A program made the position numbers and the translations under genes. A DNA stretch of 64,000 nt. Origin: Ylistrum balloti. Its lineage: Eukaryota. Shown here piece after piece: positions 11,959-21,800 of the stretch. The notes beneath the pieces are model-generated. The model searched no databases and was not told the DNA's origin. It was given only the letters and a program-made list of their open reading frames with translations. Location: assembly GCF_031769215.1 (NCBI RefSeq), contig NW_026781907.1:1178001-1242000 (forward strand), given 5' to 3'. Every line of letters begins with the position of its first letter. The first letter of the stretch is position 1.

Positions 11959-14900
11959 TCATAAAATTTCATCAATCAAACCGAATTCTTTGGCTTCAAG
12001 TGGAGTCATGTAGTTATCCCTGTCCAATGCTTTCTCTGAAAAGAAAAAGTTATAATTTGACACTTAATGTTATCTACTTGAGACTTCCATCTAAATCTAC
12101 ATGATTAATATAATTGGTATACAGTGATTGGCAAAATAAAGTTTGGGTGGTCGGGTGGTGCAGTGGTAATGCACTCGCCTTTCACCTAGCCGACCGGGGT
12201 TCGATTCCCAGAACGGACATGTAAAGGTAAGGGGTCACCTGCCCCACCACATGGGTTTTCCCCGGGTACTCCGGTTTCCTCCCACAAGAAGACCCCTTGC
12301 GCGCTTACATCCAGGCTAACAAGAGTGAAAAGTATAGGTTGACATAACTTGTTTTACAATTGTTGTAAAATGAATAAAGTTTATATCAAAATAAAGTTTA
12401 CAAACAAATCATTTTAAGCATGATGATGCATATCTAAGTCAAAGATGTATATCAGCTTTTCAAAAGATGACAAAATAATGACTGTAGCCTCCGGAAAAGC
12501 TGAAGAATGACTAGGAGAGACCTATCTATAACCAGGGGTGTTAAGCCAGTGTGTTTAACATACACCTCCCCAATCGAATACTTACTAATAACCGAGGGTG
12601 TTAGGCCTGTGTGTTTAACATACAGCTCCCCAATACACTACTTACCTATAACCAGGGGTGTGAGGCCTGTGTGTTTAACATACAGCTCCCCAATAAACTA
12701 CTTACCTATAATTAGGGGTGTAAGGCCTGAGTGTTTAACATACAGCTCCCCAATAAACTACTTACCTATAACCAGGGTTGTGAGGCCTGTGTGTTTAACA
12801 TACACCTCCCCTATAAACTACTTACCTATAACCAGGGTTGTGAGGCCTGTGTGTTTAACATACAGCTCCCCAATCAAATACTTACTATAACCAGGGGTGT
12901 GAGGCCTGTGTGTTTAACATACAGCTCCCCAATACACTACTTACCTATAACCAGGGGTGTGAGGCCTGTGTGTTTAACATACAGCTCCCCAATCAAATAC
13001 TTACTATAACCAGGGGTGTAAGGCCTGTGTGTTTAACATACAGCTCCCCAATACACTACTTACTATAACCAGGGGTGTTAGGCCTGTGTGTTTAACATAC
13101 AGCTCCCCAATCAAATACTTACCTATAACCAGGGTTGTGAGGCCTGTGTGTTTAACATACACCTCCCCAATACACTACTTACCTATAACCAGGCGTGTGA
13201 GGCCTGTGTGTTTAACATACACCTCCCCAATAAACTACTTACTATAACCAGGGGTGTAAGGCCTGTGTGTTTAACATACAGCTCCCCAATCAAATACTTA
13301 CTATAACCAGGGGTGTTAGGCCTGTGTGTTTAACATACAGCTCCCCAATCAAATACTTACCTATAACCAGGGGTGTTAGGCCTGTGTGTTTAACATACAG
13401 CTCCCCAATCAAATACTTACCTATAACCAGGGGTGTTAGGCCTGTGTGTTTAACATACAGCTCCCCAATCAAATACTTACCTATAACCAGGGTTGTGAGG
13501 CCTGTGTGTTTAACATACAGCTCCCCAATAAACTACTTACCTATAACCAGGGGTGTTAGGCCTGTGTGTTTAACATACAGCTCCCCAATCAAATACTTAC
13601 CTATAACCAGGGGTGTTAGGCCTGTGTGTTTAACATACAGCTCCCCAATCAAATACTTACCTATAACCAGGGTTGTGAGGCCTGTGTGTTTAACATACAG
13701 CTCCCCAATACACTACTTACCTATAACCAAGGGTGTTAGGCCTGTGTGTTTAACATACAGCTCCCCAATCAAATACTTACCTATAACCAGGGGTGTTAGG
13801 CCTGTGTGTTTAACATACAGCTCCCCAATCAAATACTTACCTATAACCAGGGTTGTGAGGCCTGTGTGTTTAACATACAGCTCCCCAATACACTACTTAC
13901 CTATAACCAGGGGTGTTAGGCCTGTGTGTTTAACATACAGCTCCCCAATACACTACTTACCTATAACCAGGGGTGTTAGGCCTGTGTGTTTAACATACAG
14001 CTCCCCAATCAAATACTTACCTATAACCAGGGGTGTGAGGCCTGAGTGTTTAACATACAGCTCCCCAATAAACTACTCACTATAACCAGGGGTGTTAGGC
14101 CTGTGTGTTTAACATACACCTAAACTACTTACCTATAACCAGGGGTGTGAGGCCAAGCTCCCCAATAAACTACCTATAAAGGGGTGTTACACTACTTACC
14201 TATAACCAGGGGTGTGAGGCCTGTGTGTTTAACATACACCTCCCCAATCAAATACTTACTATAACCAGGGGTGTTAGGCCTGTGTGTTTAACATACAGCT
14301 CCCCAATCAAATACTTACTATAACCAGGGGTGTTAAGCCAGTGTGTTTAACATACAGCTCCCCAATACACTACTTACCTATAACCAGGGGTGTTAGGCCT
14401 GTGTGTTTAACATACACCTCCCCAATCAAATACTTACTATAACCAGGGGTGTTAGGCCTGTGTGTTTAACATACAGCTCCCCAATACACTACTTACCTAT
14501 AACCAGGGGTGTGAGGCCTGTGTGTTTAACATACAGCTCCCCAATACACTACTTACCTATAACCAGGGGTGTGAGGCCTGTGTGTTTAACATACAGCTCC
14601 CCAATACACTACTTACCTATAACCAGGGGTGTGAGGCCTGTGTGTTTAACATACAGCTCCCCAATACACTACTTACCTATAACCAGGGGTGTTAGGCCTG
14701 TGTGTTTAACATACAGCTCCTGAATCAGCTCCTTTGTTTTCTTCATATTGGCAGCTTTTATTTTAAGGTCTGTGACATAACCCTGAAAAGATGGATTCCT
14801 TTAGATCATTCCTATATCACAAAAGATAAATGTATTTCATCAGAGGGTAGGGTAGGTTTCCAATGCCTAACAAAAAAGTTCTTTAATTATAAACTAAATA

Positions 14901-17329
14901 CATTGTAATGCATTAATTGAACTTAAATTTGTTTTAATTACATTTATTTATCTGTCTATATGTCCAGAACACATATATAATGGCTGACTTCATTATTAAG
15001 GGTCAGTTTATTAAATAGTAGTGATATAGCATGTATGAAAGCTGACATTTCCACTGAAACTGTATTGTCAAGGAATAATGTAGGTTACCATAAAAGAACA
15101 TAACTCATGGCCAAAATTGCAGCTTCTCTGGTCAGTCATACCTGTAAACCAGTGGTAAGAGGTTGATGGACCATAATAGTGGAGTTCGGTGAAGCATATC
15201 TCATGCCTGTGGTACCTGCAGTAAGAAGGAGGGAACCCATGCTGCAGGCCTCACCTATACACAGTGTTGCAATAGGGTTGTTGATGTACTGCATGGTATC
15301 ATAGATAGCCAGACCCGCAGATACTTTTCCACCTAGTAAATCAAAACTTTTGAATGGAGCAAAACAAATGTGAATTTAAAGGAAAAATATACACATTTGT
15401 CTTATCATTCCAAAGTGTTGTTAGTTCATTCTAATAATGTCTTACGTATCAACTGGATTAAAAAAGACTGGTATCTGAAAAATTTGTATACTGATTTTCA
15501 TTTTGAATAACTAATATTTTAACTCAGACCAATCTGAAGTCTCCAGTGTGTTACCATGGTAATGATAATAGAAACATTTGATTTTAATATGTCAAATTAC
15601 AGCCAATGACTAGTTACAATATTTGGCACAACATTTCAAACATGCTATCATGGAAACCAAAAAAACAAAACAAAAAATGTAAACATATCTACATAGCAAA
15701 GTCTGACTTTTACTTATATTCTCCATTTATGGTTCTACTTTTAAAGACATATTACAGTAAGCTAGTCTGGATCTACAGATATTTATATTGCAAGAAGCAC
15801 TGTCTATACAATTGTCTTGCCTGGACTGTTGATGAACACTCGGATCAATTTTTCTGGATCTTCAAAGTGTAAACATAATAGCTGAGCCATCACCTTTTCT
15901 GCTACATCATCTGTTACCTAATGATCAGAGGTAAAAAGGCACAAATTTCTGTAATCTTTTAATGTTTTTTATCAAAATGCTTTAACGGGAAAATCAGAAC
16001 CTGAAATAAAGTCATCGAAATGAAGTTAAAACATATTTGAGATATTGTTGCAAAAAAATATTTGCAAAGGTACTAAACCAATTTCAAAAGTAAATTTTGC
16101 AACTATGCATACATTGTATATATATCAGTTTAGAGTGCTGATATCCTTGAAATCTTCCACCATTTGACAAGAAAAGAACATGTTCAGAAATACTGACATA
16201 AAAATAAATGCAAGGAAAAATGATTCAAGGAAATTTTAGCATATACTTTTCTTATATATAATGTATGTAAATTTCATTGCCTGTCGGACTTTTATCATCA
16301 TCAATTAGCACCAACGCCATTAAGCAGTAAACACAAATGCCTTTCAACAATTTTTTGTATTTTTAATAAATGGACAAAATGTTCATCTCTCTAAGTGGAA
16401 AATGTGAAACATCTTTCAAATTTTAGTCTGCGTTGGGTACTTACAGTTCCCATCAGACAAATGATCCTATCCCTCATCAGTCTTGTGAAGACATCTATAG
16501 GCTTTCCTCTGTCTGCTGTTTCTGTTATTGATGGAGCATTTGCCAAATTAACCACAGGCAGTTGGTGAAGCTTTCTGCAACTGGTTAAAGACTGTACGAA
16601 ACTCCTGCCATGTTGACAAAGAGGAACTGTGGCTTTCTACAAGAAAACACCCATATGTTAATTTACCATTGTTATCAATTCACAAAAAATGTAACTTTTA
16701 TTTTCTAAATGTCAAAATTTTCATTACAACAACTTCCACTCAAAGATGTTTGTATTGATTGTGTCCCAAAATATATCAAACTACATACATGTATACTACG
16801 AAAATCAGAAAAAAATGTATGAAAATTTAATTCTATTTCAATAGAAAATTAATTTTACATTGCCTCTAGAAAATATTATCCTCTTATTTCAAGCATTATA
16901 TATCAGATTTCACCAGAAAAAGAAGGAGGAAGAAAAATATGAACAGGTTGGGAACATCCTTAATTCGAAGGATACTGATACAATGGACCCCCAGTTTGAT
17001 GCATCCTCACGATTTGGGGAATCATTCTACTTCTTGGTGTCATAGTACTATACACAGTATTATATTCAATCACAATTACATCTATCACTTTCATATGCTG
17101 GAGTAGTTAATTTTGCCATTGATCACAATGATGGGCAGATATCATTGGTTAAAAAATAAGATTTTAAAACACGTTCTTATCGCGCGTCCTAACGGGAATC
17201 GAACAAGGGCCGTTCGAGTCTACAGCTGTCGACCAGCGTCTTTCACATACAACTGAACACCGGTTACAAAAGAATTGTATCGCCCGTACATGGTTATGTG
17301 TATCTTACTCGGGGAAGGTTAACCGGCAT
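11959..17329 (-). CDS. CLPP: ATP-dependent Clp protease proteolytic subunit, mitochondrial type, about 227 aa. Exons in minus-strand order: 17329-17309, 16636-16445, 15917-15821, 15332-15142, 14782-14677, 12035-11959.
   Basis: The spliced translation contains [61 protein letters not shown] (catalytic Ser), IMVHQP (catalytic His) and [22 protein letters not shown] (catalytic Asp). Phases are consistent (0,0,1,0,1); the total is 684 nt. Intron 3 has a GC donor. The first exon (MPVNLPR|gtaaga) is the least certain part. The N-terminus is Arg/Ser-rich like a transit peptide. Confidence 0.92.
12145..12386 (+). mobile_element. tRNA-derived SINE with a V-domain-like central core, in CLPP intron 5 and antisense to the gene
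   Basis: Pol III A box tggtgcagtgg, B box ggttcgattcc, core gggttttccccgggtactccggtttcctccc, an AT-rich tail and a perfect 13-bp target-site duplication caaaataaagttt at 12132-12144 and 12387-12399. Confidence 0.9.
12526..14720 (-). repeat. 60-bp (some 59-bp) minisatellite, about 37 copies, made of the last 44 nt of CLPP exon 5 plus the first 16 nt of intron 5
   Basis: The minus-strand unit ggagctgtatgttaaacacacaggcctaacacccctggttatag|gtaagtagtgtattgg encodes [14 protein letters not shown] followed by the donor. The terminal unit is the real exon end at 14677. There is a scrambled patch at about 14110-14200. Confidence 0.97.
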
Positions 17330-18893
17330 GACAGACTGTAATCGGCTGAAACATTTTGGCCGGTGAACTGTTTACACTTTTGTTTCTAAACGACGGTTGT
17401 CAGATATATGTGGGAAATATCCCATCAGTTTAGACTTTGTATGAACAAAGCGTAACGCATAAAATTAATTCTTCAATGAATCTCTGATAGCATATTACAT
17501 TTTGCGTACCTTCAGAAATGAAGCTATCATGGTAAATCCGGTTGGTATCCGCTTCTGATTGTTTTTACTCTCAATCTGGATCTATGGAAGGCTTGGTGTC
17601 TATCGAATCACATCTAAGCTTAATATTAACCACGGTGAAGACATAGCAATTGTCAAATAGGTTTATTTTTTTCCGGCAATGCATTTTCAAGCCGACAACC
17701 CCACACAAACCTAACTCCACACCACCCATCCCCTTTACCTTTTCCTTGAAAAGATACGGGTGTGCGATGGGTCGATTTTACCGGTGTATAACATATTTTT
17801 GATGTGTATTTCAGTAGCAAAACCCCCATTGAATGCCTATATACATATCGAAGACCAGAAAGGTTTTTTTTTTTAATTTGGTGTTTACTCTGTGGCTTTA
17901 CCTTTACATTCATTTTTGAGTACAGTGAGTCGGTCTTGCTCTGTCTTGTCGGTTATACAACGTGGATCTACAAGGCTTGATTCCTGGTGCGCTTTGAGAA
18001 CTTTTACTTTCAGTGTAGTCAAGTCCTAAATAGGTTCTAAAAGCCTGGATATAACATGTAATAACTAAATAAACTTGTCAAATACAACAAAATAAAATCT
18101 AAAAGGTTATAATGATATTTATAATGTAATAGTCTATTTAAGTTAAACAGAAAGTTCCTTTGTCGAATTTATGCGCTGAAATATGGCTGTTTTCCTTTTA
18201 CTGCTGAATAACTCAGTCTGTAACAAAACATATATCTGGCGGTACCAGTTATAGGGTAAATCTGCGTTCCTATGTATGATAAATGCTAACCCATAGCTTA
18301 GGAAAGTAGATAGGTATCATACAGTATATTTTTTAAACTATTCCCGCCATTTCCTTTCCTCTGAGCCAGAAAACGTCCGAACTGTCATCAGAGACGTTAA
18401 AGATAATATGTCGGTTTTATTTTTATTTTGAGCTAAAATGTACGTCGGTATCAGTATCACTGTATTCATGATAACATTTCATATATTTCACTTTAGGGAT
18501 AACATTGATAGCAATGCATTGTTTAATTTTATTTTCGTTTCGTTTCGGAGTTTGCCAATGTGTAAATCTGTAATATACACATTACCGAGCGGGCGACTTG
18601 AACATGTCTGAACATTCCGAAAAGGAAACAATTACATTGGAAGGTTCCTGGTTATTTTCACGGCGCATGTCTCCACACATCTGAATATTATTGTACTCTG
18701 ATTTGGAAGACATCGACCACTGACATGTGTCACAGATATTTGAACCCGTTCCAAAGAATGGATTTAGAATTACCGTGATAGCAAAAATGTGATTCGTCCA
18801 CTTCTCGGCGAAGGGCTAGTGAATTTTGACGTTATTCCACTTCATTTTGTTATTATTTAATTGATTGTTTATTTATATATAAGGATATTCACA
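17330..18893. promoter_or_regulatory. Divergent (head-to-head) intergenic region between the CLPP and SASS6 start codons; candidate bidirectional promoter
   Basis: The two ATGs face away from each other about 1.56 kb apart. The region is locally enriched in CpG relative to the flanking introns. Transcription start sites cannot be determined from sequence. Confidence 0.5.
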
Positions 18894-21800
18894 ATGGCAG
18901 ACGAACTATTTACCAAAAAATTACCGGTAGTATTCAAGTGCCCGGACCGTGAGGATAGGTAAGCACACCAGGCCTCGAATTTAACATTTTGTGTCACTTG
19001 CTCAAATCAATTTAATTCTGTGAAATGTTAGGAATAGACGGCACTCACAGTTTGCATCTGATGAATCCACTTGCTGAAAAAAGCAAGTCATTATTTTTTC
19101 TACTCGTAATTCTTGGATTTGTACTTGCAAATAGCCAGTAAAAAGCCTTAAATTCAAGGCCTGCACATTTTACGGGTAGAATATTGGTGAATGTTGGAAG
19201 GTTGAGACTAGTATAGGCTATAGATCATTTGAACTGTCACCATTCATACAGACCTTATCAACATGCTCAGTATCATCTGTAGAAGCATCATCCAAGTGTG
19301 ATCACGAATATTTTCACAAGAAAGTGTACGTGTGTGTGTGTGTGCGAGTGTGTTTACACAGGAAGATCATCATTCTCTTTCTCATATGCTGTCAATGTCA
19401 AGACGATTGTTCACTGGTTTTATCATCCCATCAACAGCCAGATTAATTTTGAAGCAGGGTACCAGAGAGTAGCTGGTGGCTACCTTACTAAACAATGTAT
19501 AGGAGGTCTGTGCCCTTTGGTCTCTAGCCAGATACTCTGACACTTGACTAGAGAGAAATTCCCACTCACCAAAGCTAATAAGGACTAAGGTGACCTGAAC
19601 ATTCAATTTCTGTGCTACTCCGTCCATCACAAAATCTCCACCCCCAAAGACAAAAACAACAACACAGGTTCAGTATCTCCAAGGAAGCATCTCAATCTCC
19701 TATAGCTTCAACCCTTGAAGTGGTCAACATCACCAAATCTTTAATAGGAAGGAGTAATGGAAAGCACCTTGCCACTGCTGGGATTCGAACTAGCAACCTT
19801 TCAGTCTCTAGCCAGACACCCTACGGCTGGACTAAAGAGGAATTCCCACTAGCCAATGCTAAAGCATATCATAGTCTGTGTCTTGAAGGTCTTCTGCTGT
19901 AGTGGCTATAATTTGTAACTTATCACAGACAATATGGGATAGATACATCTAGATCTAGAATATTTCAAGTCCATGACAAGACACATTAATCAGTGCTCTA
20001 CTGATCATGACTGAGCTATGATGTGCTCATTGTGACCCTGATATCAGATGATGTCTCCCTTGGCGTTGGTCATAGAGATTGAAACAGTTACAGGAATAAG
20101 GCTTAATTATAACAAATCCTTGACCTTGTTTGAAGTGCCATAAGAATTAAGTTTTGGATCCTACAGTGGTCAACCAAATTGGAATCGAGAATGAAATTAT
20201 ATTGTTTTAACATTGTTCTATCAAAATTCCAAATTATAATGGCTAGGTGTGTCTCAATATGGTTTTCAAAGCAATAATTACTGACCCACGTCAACAACTA
20301 ATTTTTGAGAAAGGCTAGGGAGGGAAACTTGGGAGATCATATGTTTACCATCATAAGGAAATGCAGCCATACTTCATATTATGATAAAAAGAATATCAAG
20401 TGATCTTTGATGTCTTATACTATTTTTCAGGCGCATGTATGTGCAGTTGAGGATGGAACTGCAGACAGTATCTTCACCTTTACATAAAAAGGTTTGTACA
20501 AGAGTGTTTGGATTAAATATATCATTTATAACATTTATAGCAAGTCAACTCTCCAATGTGCCATGCATCAATGACAAGTTTTCAATAACAGTTGTCAAAA
20601 TTACTTGTATAGTGAATATAAATTTCTTTTCCTTATGTGATTTTTAATTCCACAAATTTGAAATAATCTCTAAAAAGGAAATTATCTTTTTATGAAAATA
20701 TGATGCAGCAGATTCCTATATTAACGAGGTGTTCGGTTGATTTGTTGACTTTTAAAGAATTTCATCAGCTTACCTGGAAACTGGAATGTGCCTTTACAAA
20801 CCAAACTCAGTCTAATTCTTTGGCACCTACGGTTTATAGTCCTTTTGCATGCATACACTTTATGTATAAATGAAAACCATGCTACAAATAATGTTCCCCT
20901 ATATAGCTAATGATTCCTTCTCCAGTTATCTCTGTTTAACAAGAAGATGCAAAATCATTAAATATTGAATGGTGGCTATGGAAAGTCTACCATGTTAACC
21001 ATGATCTCATGTATCAAACATGTAGATATTGGCAGAGAAAATCTATATCTTTGCTTTGTCAGTCTTGCAGGACTGTAAACAACAAGATAACAGACATTTT
21101 AGGGATCTTTATGGTTTTTTTAAAAAAAAGTTTTAATTTCAACTTTTCCCTTTTTTTGATGACAGGAGCTTGTGGTAAAAATGACAGATGACAAGGACTT
21201 GTTCTTTTTGTATACACTGCGTATTGGGGAAGAGGATTTCCAAAGGTAATCAGGCTTATTACACCAAACTAGTGTAATTGAAAAAAGTGTTGGGGATGCG
21301 TAAATTTCAATGCTTAGGTTAGGACTTTTTGATGAAATAAATGTTAGTGAGAATTGAATTATTCATCAAAGTTTGGAAATTACAGTTCAATGTATTATAG
21401 CCTCAACTTTAAGATAAGGTTTTTGATGAATTTTAGGGTGGTTTTTTTTTTCTTAAGATAAATTTTGCCACCAGAAAACTGTTGTTAAAATGGTAATAAC
21501 TTTAAATTTTCTTGTTTTTACAGCTTAAAAACACAACAAGGCCTTTTGGTGGATTTTGCGGCATTCCCTCAGAAATTTATTGACCTTTTAGATATGTGTT
21601 TACGAGAGGAACACAAAGAAATGCCAAAGTATGTAGTATGTAATGTGTGATATACATGTACATGTGTAAACAACGCAAAACATATTTCAGTAACTATAAT
21701 GGTCGTTACAAAAATTTACATCGAGGGAGAGGAGCCTGGAAGGCACATTTTTGTCACAATTACATCATGCTATTAATTAAACTTCACCACACATATCTTT

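Noticed and set aside
12507-14723. Plus-strand ORFs with [15 protein letters not shown] repeats
   Set aside because: These are antisense translations of the CLPP exon-derived minisatellite.
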